Counted from the stretch's first letter, positions 40,362 through 51,650 are shown. The stretch: DNA of 64,000 nt from an uncultured virus (IMG/VR IMGVR_UViG_3300031625_000002) (IMGVR_UViG_3300031625_000002:1-64000); one strand, 5' to 3'. Translations and numbers: made by a program. Notes: generated by a model not told the origin, from the letters alone.

Positions 40362-42311
40362 ATGAGTCTTACCCCCACACAATTGACTGAAGCGAGTGAA
40401 CTTATTACAAAACTTAGGTTGTGGAAAAACGCCTATTACATTGATAACAAGCCAGTTGTGTCAGATCAGGTATATGATGGCGGCGAAATGCGCCTCAAGC
40501 AGTTGATTCCTGATCACCCGTTCTTCGATGAGGTTGGATCGACAGTAGATGGGTTCAAGCCTATCGACTATGTTGCCGCAGGCGGTGAAAAGATGCTCAG
40601 TCTTGAAAAAGCCTATACAGAGCCGGAAGTGACAAAATTCGCCGGGAAGGACGCATGGGTTCCAATGGTCAAGCTTGACGGAACTTCGCTCCGAGCAATC
40701 TACAGCGGCGGTAAGATCGAACTTGCCCACACAAGAGGTAATGGAACTGTTGGTGATGACGTTACCAACAACTTCTACTTTGTGAAAGGATCGACTCCCA
40801 AGAAATACAAATGGGACACCTTTGAAGTCAAAGGCGAAGTTTGCATGACCTTTGATGATTTCGATGCGGTTAACATCGAAAGAGAAAGGGATGGGGAAGA
40901 AGTCTTCAAAAACCCCCGGAATGCCGCCAGTGGGTCTCTTAAGCAATTGGACATGTTCGAGACCGCAAAAAGAAAATTGCAGTTCGTCGCCTACGCAATA
41001 AAAGTAGAGGGGCACAGTTTCAAGTCGAAGACTGAAATGCTTGATTCCTTGGAAGAAATGGGCTTCGTCACGGCAAGACTCAAGATTAAATTCAATACGA
41101 TTGCTGATGTCATTGATAAAGTGACGAAGATGCGTGAAAAAATTCCGATTCCGATTGATGGTATCGTCTTCGCTCTTGATGCCGTATCAGTGAGAGAAAA
41201 GAAAGGCTATACTGGTCATCACCCGAAATACGAAATGGCTTACAAGTTCGCATCCGAAAGCGGGATCACCAAGTTGCTCGATTACGAATGGAACGTCACG
41301 AGAACTCGTCGTATTGTTCCCGTTGGTCTCATTGAAGACATCGAACTCTCAGGGGCTGTTTGCTCAAGAGTCACGCTTCATAATGCGAAATGGGTCCATG
41401 ACAAACATATTGCTATTGGCGAAGAGATTGTTATTGAAAGAAGCGGCGATGTCATTCCTCACTTTGTCAAAACTGTGAGAGCTACAAAAGACATTCCCTG
41501 GTCCTCGAAAGACAATCTTCCGACCAAATGCCCTGCCTGTAGAACCACACTTGTCAGAGTAGGCAATGTTGACCTCGGATGTCCTAACGAACATTGCTCT
41601 GGTGCTGCTTACGAGGCGATTATGCACTATGTAGGCAAGCCAGTTGTTAATATCAAGGCGGTAGGTGACAAATTGATCGCCCAACTCATCAAAGCGAATC
41701 TTATTGAAGACCCCGCAGACCTCTTCACATTAACCAAGAGTGACCTTATGACCCTTGATCGAATGGGTGATAAGAAGGCTGAAAAGACACTCGAAGCGAT
41801 TAATAAGGCAAGGACTCAAGACGTGCAAACATTTCTCAGGTCACTTGGTGTTGAATTACTTGGAAAGGATGTGTCTGAAAAGATCGCAGACTTCGTTGAT
41901 CTTGATACATTAACTGTGACACGTGATTTGACGCATATTGATGGAATAGCTGAAACGACAGCAACAGCGGTGACAGAAGGTCTTGACAAATCCAGACCAC
42001 TTGCAGATAAGTTGCGTCAATATGTCAAGATCACAACTGGTAAAGCTGTTGCACTTGGTAATTCCCTCGAAGGAAGCGCATTTTGTGTCAGCGGGAGCGT
42101 CGAATTTGATCTCGACGGTGAAAATTATTCAGAACGTAGTCAAATTCAGAACTTGATCAAGTCATACGGTGGTAAGGTCTCCAGTTCTGTATCTGGCAGA
42201 ACGAGTTACCTCGTTGCTGGCCCAGGGTCTGGAAGCAAGTCAACAAAAGCAGATGACCTCGGTGTTACAATCATCGATGGTAATAAATTGGCAGAATTGA
42301 TTGAAAATTGA
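40362..42311 (+). CDS. ligA: NAD-dependent DNA ligase
   Basis: KLDG, TRGNG..G.DVT, NPRNAASG, Zn finger, BRCT; start after GGAG. Confidence 0.96.
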   Translation: MSLTPTQLTEASELITKLRLWKNAYYIDNKPVVSDQVYDGGEMRLKQLIPDHPFFDEVGSTVDGFKPIDYVAAGGEKMLSLEKAYTEPEVTKFAGKDAWVPMVKLDGTSLRAIYSGGKIELAHTRGNGTVGDDVTNNFYFVKGSTPKKYKWDTFEVKGEVCMTFDDFDAVNIERERDGEEVFKNPRNAASGSLKQLDMFETAKRKLQFVAYAIKVEGHSFKSKTEMLDSLEEMGFVTARLKIKFNTIADVIDKVTKMREKIPIPIDGIVFALDAVSVREKKGYTGHHPKYEMAYKFASESGITKLLDYEWNVTRTRRIVPVGLIEDIELSGAVCSRVTLHNAKWVHDKHIAIGEEIVIERSGDVIPHFVKTVRATKDIPWSSKDNLPTKCPACRTTLVRVGNVDLGCPNEHCSGAAYEAIMHYVGKPVVNIKAVGDKLIAQLIKANLIEDPADLFTLTKSDLMTLDRMGDKKAEKTLEAINKARTQDVQTFLRSLGVELLGKDVSEKIADFVDLDTLTVTRDLTHIDGIAETTATAVTEGLDKSRPLADKLRQYVKITTGKAVALGNSLEGSAFCVSGSVEFDLDGENYSERSQIQNLIKSYGGKVSSSVSGRTSYLVAGPGSGSKSTKADDLGVTIIDGNKLAELIEN

Positions 42312-42612
42312 TATTTGACAAGGTGAATTGAAACAGGTCAGGGAATAATAATTCTTGATAATGACCTCTTGCCGAGAGTTGAAAATGAGTGAATAGATTA
42401 GACGAGTTATTGAAGAAATGATCGCTTTTTCAGAGAGGTTCAGAGAACTTCCTGCTGAATTAGAAAACTTGTTAAACAAGGTGAGACATGGCGGAGTTGT
42501 CAGATAGGCAAAAGGAAATATACGAGTTTGCTATCGAAGATGGCTATACCCAAGACGTTGTATGCATTGTCGAAAATACATTGAATCTTTGGGCAAAAGC
42601 TGAATTGTAAGG

Positions 42613-43782
42613 ATGGAAATTGACATGATAAAATCAATGTTAGATTCAGATTTATACAAGTTTTCAATGCAAGCAGCAGTTCTTCACAATTTCCCCGGAG
42701 TAATTGTTGAATACCGTTTCAAATGCAGAAGTGTATGGGCGGATCTCGCCCAGCATAGGGATGAAATCGAGAGACAAATAGGTTTCCTTGGCAACCTTTA
42801 CCTCACTCCCGACGAAGAGAAACAGGTTCGCGAGAAAATACCTTTCCTCAAGCCAGACTATGTTGATTTCCTTTCTGAATTCAGATTCAACCCTGATTTC
42901 GTGAAAGTTGAAACGATTTCTGATACTGAGATTGATATTATTGTTCGCGGCCCATGGCTCCAAACAATTCCTTTCGAGGTCCCAATCCTTTCTATTGTTG
43001 AAGCAGTAGCATGCAAAGACTTAATGACTGATGAAGCCTTGAGCATTGGCAGAAGAAACTTGGCTGACAAGATTGAAATCATCAAGGCCGTTGGTCCAGA
43101 ATTCAAATTAGCAGATTTCGGGACTCGTCGCAGAGCGAGTTTCGAGCAGCAACGTTATGTTGTAGAGACACTTACGAATGAAGTTCCAAACAACTTTGTT
43201 GGGACAAGCAATGTCTCCCTCGCTTTAGATAACAATATTAAACCAATCGGAACGATGGCGCATGAGTGGATTCAAGCAATGCAAGGTCTCACTTGGTTGC
43301 TCAATAGCCAGAAAATGGCTTTAGATATATGGATGAAAGAATATCGTGGTCAGCTTGGTATTGCTTTGTCCGACTGTCTTGGATACGCCGCTTTCCTTAG
43401 AGACTTCGATTTCCTCTTTTCGAAGAGCTATGACGGCTGTCGCCATGACTCTGGCGATCCGTTTGAATGGGGTGAGAAGTTGATTAGACACTATGAATCA
43501 ATGAGCATCGATCCGAAAACAAAGACAGCAGTATTCAGCGATGGTCTCGACATGATATTGGCCGTGAGGTTGTTTGAAAGGTTCCATGGGAGAATCAAAG
43601 TCTCTTTCGGCATTGGCACCCACTTGACCAACGACCTTGGATTTGATCCTGTTCAGATCGTTTTGAAGATGGTCGAGTGTAATGGTCAACCGGTAGCAAA
43701 GATAAGCGACTCGTCTGGCAAGGGTATGTGTAATAACGCCGTATATCTTACCCATCTTAAAAACATGTTTGAGGTGGATTGA
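42613..43782 (+). CDS. pncB: nicotinate phosphoribosyltransferase
   Basis: LDSDLYKFSM, DFGTRRR, GTSNV, GTMAHEW, RHDSGDP, FSDGL, FGIGT. Confidence 0.96.
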   Translation: MEIDMIKSMLDSDLYKFSMQAAVLHNFPGVIVEYRFKCRSVWADLAQHRDEIERQIGFLGNLYLTPDEEKQVREKIPFLKPDYVDFLSEFRFNPDFVKVETISDTEIDIIVRGPWLQTIPFEVPILSIVEAVACKDLMTDEALSIGRRNLADKIEIIKAVGPEFKLADFGTRRRASFEQQRYVVETLTNEVPNNFVGTSNVSLALDNNIKPIGTMAHEWIQAMQGLTWLLNSQKMALDIWMKEYRGQLGIALSDCLGYAAFLRDFDFLFSKSYDGCRHDSGDPFEWGEKLIRHYESMSIDPKTKTAVFSDGLDMILAVRLFERFHGRIKVSFGIGTHLTNDLGFDPVQIVLKMVECNGQPVAKISDSSGKGMCNNAVYLTHLKNMFEVD

Positions 43783-44186
43783 TGGGTGAGATTATCTGTT
43801 TGGTAATATTCGCATTGGTGTGGGCTCATGAGCACTTCGCACCAGTAGTCAGAACTGTGGGCAAGGGTAAGATGTTTGAGACCCTTCAGGAATGGGCAGA
43901 TTGGGCCTCACAGCAGAGGTTCCCTGCTCTATGGGCTGAATGTTATGCAGGCTCTGATCTTGGATATCTTGATATCTTGACTCACGACTGCCATTGGAAA
44001 TCCAAACCAAGTAAGCGTAGGTACGTGAGAATATATGCCGTAAGAACACTTCTAGACATTTTGGGCCTTGATGCTTTTGAGCAACGATTTCTTGATAATA
44101 ATGAAGATATAGCATGGGAGGAACCTGAAGATAATGATGTACTCTATATACTGAGCCATTCATTCCTGTTAGCGGGAGTCGGATAG
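43782..44186 (+). CDS. small protein carrying an orphan copy of the virion repeat cap motif
   Basis: RTVGKG..FETLQEWADWA...WAECY.GSDLG...YVRIY. Confidence 0.65.
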   Translation: MGEIICLVIFALVWAHEHFAPVVRTVGKGKMFETLQEWADWASQQRFPALWAECYAGSDLGYLDILTHDCHWKSKPSKRRYVRIYAVRTLLDILGLDAFEQRFLDNNEDIAWEEPEDNDVLYILSHSFLLAGVG

Positions 44187-44593
44187 TCGCTGTTATATCC
44201 GTTAAATTGTCGGTGGTAGATCTTCCTGATAATGTTATTTATACATTCTATGATAGGTCTGAATATGGCGAGGGGAAGTTCGGTATTCTTAATTACAAAG
44301 ACCTTTTATTGATGAATAATATTCAAGTCGTTTCTGGAGAATTGGAAGCTGAATCAGTTGATAAATTGTTAGACGGAGTCATAGAAGAAGTTCCTATTGA
44401 TTTCTGAACAAATGACAACCCGTCGAGGGAGAATTGAAACCCAGGCAGAAATGTGGGTTCCAATGATCAGGAAGCTAAACTTTGGAGAGACATATAAGGA
44501 AGCTCAATTGCGGGAGTATTTCGCATTCATTGGAAAGACTCATGGGGAAAATGTGTGTGAGGATATGAAAAAGATCTATAGAGAGTCAGAGAG

Positions 44594-45088
44594 CTAAGCC
44601 TTTATTTTGGCAATTATATCACTTGTCCCAGTGCCTTCAATATGTTTAAGCAATTCAATCTTGATTCCAAGGCCCTCAATAAACGTCCTTTCGGTCTGAT
44701 TTATTGTATCCATAGTATAATCTCCGCCTTTCACATAGACCTCCGGTCTAATCTTATCAATATATGGTGTGAAGTCATCAGTATCAAATATGAATACATA
44801 GCCTACACACTCAAGAGAGGCCAACATGTATGCACGTTCGTTTTCGCTGATAATAGGTCTGGAATCGCCCTTAAGTCGCTTAATATTGCTATCTGAGTCA
44901 ATTCCGACAACAAGTAGGCTTGCAAGTTTAGAAGCTTCTTGTAAATATTTTACATGGCCACAGTGTAATAGATCAAAACATCCATTCGTGGTCACGATGG
45001 TAAAATCTTGAAGCCCCCGTCTCATAGCCTCTATTTTCCAAAAGCCTTTTTCAGTGATTATCTTTTCGGAGGGGTCTTTCATTAACAA
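44594..45088 (-). CDS. RfaE/HldE-II-type adenylyl/cytidylyltransferase
   Basis: TNGCFDLLHCGH, LKGDSRPI, VKGGDY. Confidence 0.9.
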   Translation of the reverse strand: MLMKDPSEKIITEKGFWKIEAMRRGLQDFTIVTTNGCFDLLHCGHVKYLQEASKLASLLVVGIDSDSNIKRLKGDSRPIISENERAYMLASLECVGYVFIFDTDDFTPYIDKIRPEVYVKGGDYTMDTINQTERTFIEGLGIKIELLKHIEGTGTSDIIAKIKA

Positions 45089-45091
45089 TCC

Positions 45092-46108
45092 TTATGATTC
45101 GGCTTTGACCTTTGCCGCATTATACAATCCTCTGGAAACAGAATATAATGGGTCTCTCGCTAATTCAATAGAGGCAACTGGAATCGGGAATTCTTCTTCG
45201 ATCTTTACCTTCATCACATCGATGAAACCACCAACCATTGAAGTCCCACCGGCCACAACAATCTTAATAGGATCTGATATATTGGGGAGGCTTTTTGGAT
45301 CGGTTGAAGAATACAACTCATTGAATTTGTCAACAATGTATTCAATCAATGATTCATAATAGATGGCAATAGCGTTCTCGACATTGTCCTTTCTATTCAT
45401 AAGATCCATCCCAGCTTCTTTTCGATGCTGAATGACGTTCATTGTTTCATTACATGCTATAGCCGCATTCTTATCAATGTAATCACCAGAACGGGCGATT
45501 GAGAAACTGAATATAGGCATGCCTAAGAAGGCGTAGCAGACATTTACCATTCCGGCACCGCATGATATTCCAATACCTGAAAAGCCTTCATCTTCCAATT
45601 CTGAATAAACAATAGCGAGGCCCTCATTCATTTTGTAAGTATTCTTGTATCCAACGTTACTTAAGACGTTCTTTACAGTGCTTGCATGATATGTGACATC
45701 AAAATCAGCGTCGATTGGATCGGCTGGGATTGAATAGTAAACGATATCGTCTTCATTCTCAGGTTCTCCAAGGACACCCTTAATCAATTGAGAAACCATG
45801 ACAGTGCTTTCGGGCTCAGCGGGATTGAGGACACCATTTGACATCGGTCGCAAACATTCTTTATGGAATAGGTTCGCAAATTTGAAAGCGTCATCGCCAA
45901 GGATGTAAATGGTTTCGCCAATCTTGACGAAATTAGCGCCAGATTTAATAAGCATGGATTCACCGAAATTCATTGCTGAACCGGCCATGAAGTTGCCTGG
46001 ATCGATCTTGAAGAATACGTCTTTTACTTTATGGTATTCAAACTGATCATCTTTCTTTTCTGAAGCAACAATATTACCTGTTCCAACATCTAAACCTACA
46101 AATCTCAT
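45092..46108 (-). CDS. actin-like ATPase, volactin-like
   Basis: GLDVGTGN, PADPID, NEGLAIVYSEL, GISCGAGMVN, VAGGTS. Confidence 0.85.
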   Translation of the reverse strand: MRFVGLDVGTGNIVASEKKDDQFEYHKVKDVFFKIDPGNFMAGSAMNFGESMLIKSGANFVKIGETIYILGDDAFKFANLFHKECLRPMSNGVLNPAEPESTVMVSQLIKGVLGEPENEDDIVYYSIPADPIDADFDVTYHASTVKNVLSNVGYKNTYKMNEGLAIVYSELEDEGFSGIGISCGAGMVNVCYAFLGMPIFSFSIARSGDYIDKNAAIACNETMNVIQHRKEAGMDLMNRKDNVENAIAIYYESLIEYIVDKFNELYSSTDPKSLPNISDPIKIVVAGGTSMVGGFIDVMKVKIEEEFPIPVASIELARDPLYSVSRGLYNAAKVKAES

Positions 46109-46109
46109 A

Positions 46110-46415
46110 TTACTCTCCTTTTATTTGTCCAATTCTTTTTCCGTCAAAAGAACTTGTTACTTGAAATTGTCCAATTTCCATCGGCATGTCTTCAACAACC
46201 TTTTTTCTTTTTTTCTTTTTCGAACTTGGGATGTCGTCAAGGCTGACTTTCTCTTCTTCAGGGATAGCCCTGTTGTCAGTATTGTTCATTTTCTTTGGAA
46301 ATTTATAATCAATAAACCGAATTCCAGCGTAAACTAATACAATAGTCACTGCCAAAGGAATGGCAAGGACCAATAATAATAGACCAAATAGTAAAATGTT
46401 TCCAGCGGTAAACAA
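46110..46415 (-). CDS. small single-TM membrane protein upstream of the actin-like gene
   Basis: Hydrophobic N-terminus, Lys-rich tail; exact start uncertain. Confidence 0.6.
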   Translation of the reverse strand: MFTAGNILLFGLLLLVLAIPLAVTIVLVYAGIRFIDYKFPKKMNNTDNRAIPEEEKVSLDDIPSSKKKKRKKVVEDMPMEIGQFQVTSSFDGKRIGQIKGE

Positions 46416-47822
46416 TTATGACTCCAGTTTATCTATATAATTACTTTTTTATATTAATTTAGTCCTGCTTTATATTGTACATCAAAAATTGAAAATGGGC
46501 TTGAATTATGGAGAAATAACGGTATAATATAACATGTTCAGACTCTCATTTTGGTAGAGGGTCATTATTTGTATTATTAAGAATAACGGAGAACAAGCAA
46601 ATGACAAATAGTATTTGTTGTGAAGAGATGAGCGAGCTTTTGAAAGGACTAACCAACGCAGAGAGGAAAGGCGTCAAGGCTCTCTTAACAGATGGTGGGT
46701 CAATTGATGAGATGGTTATTGAGGGTGATGGTTTCATTCCCAATGTCATTTTCAGATTTTGCCCTTTCTGCGGACACGAAGTGAGTGAGAAAGCAGACGT
46801 TACTAAATCCAGTCTCCAATTGGATTTGGAAAAGATCGTTGGCGAATCAATCGACGAATCAACCCCCGATTTCAAACGTGCGGCTCTTGCAGAAGACAAG
46901 GTTAGTCGTATTGGCTCCCTCATTAGTAGGGCAGCGGCAAAAGGGGCTTTCAAGAAATAGAGGAACAAAACACAATGGCAAAGAGTAGATTACAGTATAA
47001 ATTACGCTATTACTTTAGAAATTTTATGCATCTCGTTGGGGTTTGCCCAGAATGTAGATCGAGAGTTAATTATGCACGGGGCGGATATACTGTGTGCCCA
47101 TCATGTGGAGCAAGATAATATGATACAATTTCTATCAATAAATTTAATGGGATGGAAGGACATTATTCCCTTAAGAGACGTTTCTTTTAGGGTGCTAAGA
47201 TATAAAAAAACTTCAATAATGAAAGTTTTTGTTGGAAATCATTTGGGACCAGAAAAAAGGTTCATCACACTAAAGTTTGACACGAAAAGCGGCGCAGATG
47301 AATCCATGGATCAAATAGGTGGAGCCATAAATCAGAATAAAGTTTTTGTGGAAGTGTCTGGCACTTATGAACTATGCTACGGAGCCAAATGAAGAATCGA
47401 GTTCTCCCAAGCGAAGAGTGCAAAGATGGGTATTTGTATCAAATCATTGCCAGGAACGCATACGCTGGCGTTTGGGTCGCTGAGAAAAGGCTATTTATAA
47501 TAAGGCGAGTCAAGTCCAAAAGCGTATACTTGTGTCAAGAATTGCATTGGGACTCTCATGATCGTCATGGGACGGCTCAACCAATTAGAGAGATTTGCAA
47601 AGCCCCAGACCTCGAAGGTCAAGAATTGATTGACTTTTTGAAAGAGACAGAAGATGATATTTGGGAAAATCACGATGCTCCATTCTGGACCCATGAAGGC
47701 ACTGACGAATCCAGAGAGAAATGGGGATATACTGTACAAAACTGGGAAAAACAGTTTGACAAACGCGATAGATAGTCTATGTTGTTAGAATAGTCAAAAA
47801 CACCGAACCCAAGATAAGTACT

Positions 47823-49757
47823 ATGACAATACGTGGATACCACAAGATCGCTATTGCTGTACCCAAGCTCACCCTTGCAGATCCAGCCGCAAACGCTGAA
47901 GAAATTTGTAAGCAGATATCCTCTGTGCAAAACACAGGTGTTTCAGTGATGCTTTTCCCGGAACTCTGTGTGACTGGATACTCATGTGGAGACCTCTTCC
48001 AGAGTAGAGCCTTGATAGAGGCCGGGTATGCTGCTTTAGGTAAAATCGCTGAAATGACAAAATGGGTTGACGGTTTACAAAGCGTCCCCACGGTGATTGT
48101 CGGCGCTCCCATTATAGCGTATGGAAAGTTGTATAACTGTGCTATAGTAATCTCTGATGGCAAAGTTTCTGGAATAGTACCAAAGAGTTACCTCCCCAAC
48201 TACAAAGAGTTTTATGAGAAGAGATGGTTTGCTTCTGGAAAGGGGGTCAAAAACGACTCTTTGTCAGGGATTAATGATAGTCAAATAAGTTTCGGCACCG
48301 ATTTGATTTTTAATTGCCGCAATGACGATCCATTCCCCTTTGCTGTTGAAGTGTGCGAAGACTTGTGGGCTGTAAACCCTCCCAGCAATGATTACGCACT
48401 TGCCGGTGCCGAAGCTATTTTTAACTTGTCAGCGAGTAATGAACTTGTTGGTAAAGCATCTTTTAGAAAAGATCTTGTGGTTGCACATAGCGCCAAATTA
48501 ATGTCTGCATATTTTTATGCCTCATCTGGAATTTACGAGTCTGTTTCAGACGTGGTATTCGGTGGACATATGATGGCCGCAGTAAACGGGCACTTGATTA
48601 AAGAGAACGATAGGTTCAATCGTGAATCAGAAGTGATGACTGTTGCCGTTGATTTTGAAGCTATAGAACAACAACGTCGTTCCGAATCAATCTTTAGAGA
48701 TTATGACACCATTGAAATGAGAGGTCAGGATGTCAATCTTTACCGAACTGCCAATGCTGACTATTCAGATCTTGTCATTGATCCACATCCATTTGTCCCG
48801 TCTAATGAAAGTGTCATGAATGAGCGGTGTCAAGAGATTTTCACGATTCAATCAACAGCACTCGCCAATCGACTTCAACATGTCGGTGAAAATACGAAAG
48901 CGGTTATTGGCGTATCGGGAGGACTTGATTCAACACTTGCACTTCTTGTTGTTGAAAAAGCATTCAAACTCTTGGATAAAGATCTTGAAGATATCATTGC
49001 AGTAACAATGCCTGGACCCGGAACGTCAGATAGAACCTTTAAAAATGCAAACGAGTTGTGTTTTGAAATGGGCATGGGATTAAAGGAAATAAGAATTAAA
49101 GAGGCTTGTGAACAACACTTAAAAGACATTGGACATGAATCGACAAGTGATGTGACATACGAAAACGTTCAAGCCCGTGAGCGCACACAAGTATTAATGG
49201 ACCTTGCCAACAAACATGACGGTATCGTCATTGGAACAGGTGATCTTTCAGAGATCGCACTTGGCTGGTGTACATATAATGGGGATCACATATCAATGTA
49301 TGCTGTTAATTGCAGTGTTCCTAAGACCTTGGTGAAGCACTTGGTTTCATGGGTGGCTGATAGTGGTAATGTTACCACCAGAACAGGGGAAATTTTGCAT
49401 GATATTGTTGATACGCCAATCTCTCCAGAATTACTTGCGCCAAAAGATGGTGAGATCTCTCAAAAGACAGAAGATATCATCGGACCATATGAGCTTCATG
49501 ATTTTTTCCTTTACTATACAATAAAGTTTGGGTTTACACCTGATAAGATTATCACTCTTGCCAAACTCGCATTCACAGAATATGAAGAGGCGGAGATTAA
49601 AACTTGTATGGAGACTTTTATCAAGAGATTTTTTGGGAATCAATTCAAACGCAATTGCATACCTGACGGGCCAAAGGTCGGTAGTATCTCATTGTCGCCT
49701 CGTGGAGACTGGAGAATGCCAGTTGAGGCCAGTTCAGCGGCCTGGATGAAAAGTTGA
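47823..49757 (+). CDS. nadE: glutamine-dependent NAD+ synthetase
   Basis: FPEL, PKSYLPNYKEFYEKRWF, EVCEDLW, SGGLDS, ENVQARER, GTGDLSE. Confidence 0.97.
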   Translation: MTIRGYHKIAIAVPKLTLADPAANAEEICKQISSVQNTGVSVMLFPELCVTGYSCGDLFQSRALIEAGYAALGKIAEMTKWVDGLQSVPTVIVGAPIIAYGKLYNCAIVISDGKVSGIVPKSYLPNYKEFYEKRWFASGKGVKNDSLSGINDSQISFGTDLIFNCRNDDPFPFAVEVCEDLWAVNPPSNDYALAGAEAIFNLSASNELVGKASFRKDLVVAHSAKLMSAYFYASSGIYESVSDVVFGGHMMAAVNGHLIKENDRFNRESEVMTVAVDFEAIEQQRRSESIFRDYDTIEMRGQDVNLYRTANADYSDLVIDPHPFVPSNESVMNERCQEIFTIQSTALANRLQHVGENTKAVIGVSGGLDSTLALLVVEKAFKLLDKDLEDIIAVTMPGPGTSDRTFKNANELCFEMGMGLKEIRIKEACEQHLKDIGHESTSDVTYENVQARERTQVLMDLANKHDGIVIGTGDLSEIALGWCTYNGDHISMYAVNCSVPKTLVKHLVSWVADSGNVTTRTGEILHDIVDTPISPELLAPKDGEISQKTEDIIGPYELHDFFLYYTIKFGFTPDKIITLAKLAFTEYEEAEIKTCMETFIKRFFGNQFKRNCIPDGPKVGSISLSPRGDWRMPVEASSAAWMKS

Positions 49758-49774
49758 AAATGTCCCATATGGGC

Positions 49775-49802
49775 TTGACAAAGATCGATTTGGAACTATA
49801 GT
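49775..49802 (+). promoter_or_regulatory. sigma70-like promoter for clpP
   Basis: TTGACA-N16-TATAGT. Confidence 0.7.
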
Positions 49803-49925
49803 ATGCATGTTTGAGAGTAATAGAAACGATAAACAATCTTGAAGAATAGATTTCCGATCTTAATAAAAGAAACACATATCTTGCGGATTCTTTTTAAAAA
49901 TCAGTAAAAATAAACGGAGGTAAAA

Positions 49926-50480
49926 ATGAGTGAGGAATCAGCGAAAATATTGACCCTAGAGGATTATCATTATCATCTATTCAACAAGGAATTCAATCGC
50001 GAAAGTACTGGTGAGGCGATGTCATTTATTATTACCAGGAATTTGATGAAAGAAAAGAAGCCTGAAGTTTTGAAAATGGTTATCACTTCTCCAGGCGGAG
50101 ATGTCAGTTCTGCTTTTGCTCTAATTGATACAATGAAGGGATCAAAAATACCCATATACACTTATGGATTGGGAGTCGTCGCTAGTTGTGGCGTGTTAAC
50201 GTTTATTGCCGGAGAAAAAGGGCATCGATACATTACAAAGAACACACAGATACTTTCTCATCAATATCAATGGGGAAGCTATGACAAATATCATGAGTTA
50301 ATGTCAATCGTGGGTGAATTCAAAAATATCCACAAAAGGTTCATTCGACATTACAAGAAATGCACTGGCTTATCGAAAAAGGAGATTAAGAAGTATCTTC
50401 TTCCCGCTAAGGACGTTTGGTTGACAGCACAAGACGCTGTTGATCTCGGCATGGCAGATGAAATCGTTGATTTTTATTAA
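49926..50480 (+). CDS. clpP: ClpP-like protease
   Basis: ITSPGG, GVVASCG, LSHQ, DVWLTAQDAVDLG.AD. Confidence 0.88.
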   Translation: MSEESAKILTLEDYHYHLFNKEFNRESTGEAMSFIITRNLMKEKKPEVLKMVITSPGGDVSSAFALIDTMKGSKIPIYTYGLGVVASCGVLTFIAGEKGHRYITKNTQILSHQYQWGSYDKYHELMSIVGEFKNIHKRFIRHYKKCTGLSKKEIKKYLLPAKDVWLTAQDAVDLGMADEIVDFY

Positions 50481-51332
50481 GGGTAGGTGAATCATGGAAA
50501 AAGAAGAATTTAATAAATTTTCCGAAGGGGCAGAAAAATTACAGGAATCAACTGATTATGATGATAGGGGCGGCTCACTTAAGAAGACTCTTTATCAGAA
50601 AAACGGAGAAAAGTTTTTAACTTGGGACTCTGATGGTGAGATTATTTTGTTTGAAGATGTAAATGTTAGACAACAAATGCAGGTTTTTGACGATCAATTT
50701 CGTCCAATAGCTACATTCAAAACAGGGCTCTGTGACGGAGATAAGTTTTACGCAACAATCGATTATGAAGAGGGCCTTGTCGTTTGGGGAGTCGGTTGGA
50801 CTAAAAATGGCTCGTTGGTAGAGGCTATTAAATCGTTTAGGAACACTTCAGGGTATGTAGGCTTGGTCGATGTGAATTTCGAAACTATACCATGCAGCAA
50901 GGAAGCTTACGATAAGATAGTGACTAATGGCGGTGACACAGATGTCACTAAGTATTTAATAGTCGAGGATGGTATACTTGGAGTTGTACAGACATGATTT
51001 ACAAAGTCAGAGGGCTTAAGATGAAATACGGATACGATGAAAAAGATCAAGTTGAAGATGAAGAAGTCACTTTCACAATCAAATGTACAATGAGAAAGCG
51101 TTGGGGAATATTTCTAATCCATATGAAGGAGATAGTTTAAGCGCTTTAGAATGTTTTAACTTAGCTGTTGAGGCTGGCGGAGTCTATCATGCTGAGAACT
51201 TCAGTGTTAAAGTTTATGAATTTTTAGATGTAGATCCCAAGTTCATAGATTTTGTAAAGAGAGAGATTGTTGATTATGATCATTCTAAACATAGTAATTT
51301 TTACATAGTGGATTAAAAACAAAGAGTTAGCG

Positions 51333-51650
51333 ATGAATATAACAGTCACAAAAGCAGCCAAAGATAAGATCTTGACATATATCCAAGATGGAAGTAAAGT
51401 TCTGAGAATAACTGTAGTTCCAGGCGGATGTGCTGGACACACTTTTGGAGCAGACTTGAGTTCAGCGAGCATAGATGACGAGGTTATTTATGAAGCCGGA
51501 GCAATAAAGATCGTCTCAGACCAAAAAAGCATGTTGTTCTTCGACGAATTGTCGATAGACTATTCCCAAGACTTGATCCAATCTGGATTCAAGATCACAA
51601 GTTCTGGAGCATCAGGCTCTTGCGGATGTGGAGCAAGTTTTTCTGTGTAA
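51333..51650 (+). CDS. A-type Fe-S carrier (IscA/HesB family)
   Basis: GGCAG, CGCGASF. Confidence 0.92.
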   Translation: MNITVTKAAKDKILTYIQDGSKVLRITVVPGGCAGHTFGADLSSASIDDEVIYEAGAIKIVSDQKSMLFFDELSIDYSQDLIQSGFKITSSGASGSCGCGASFSV

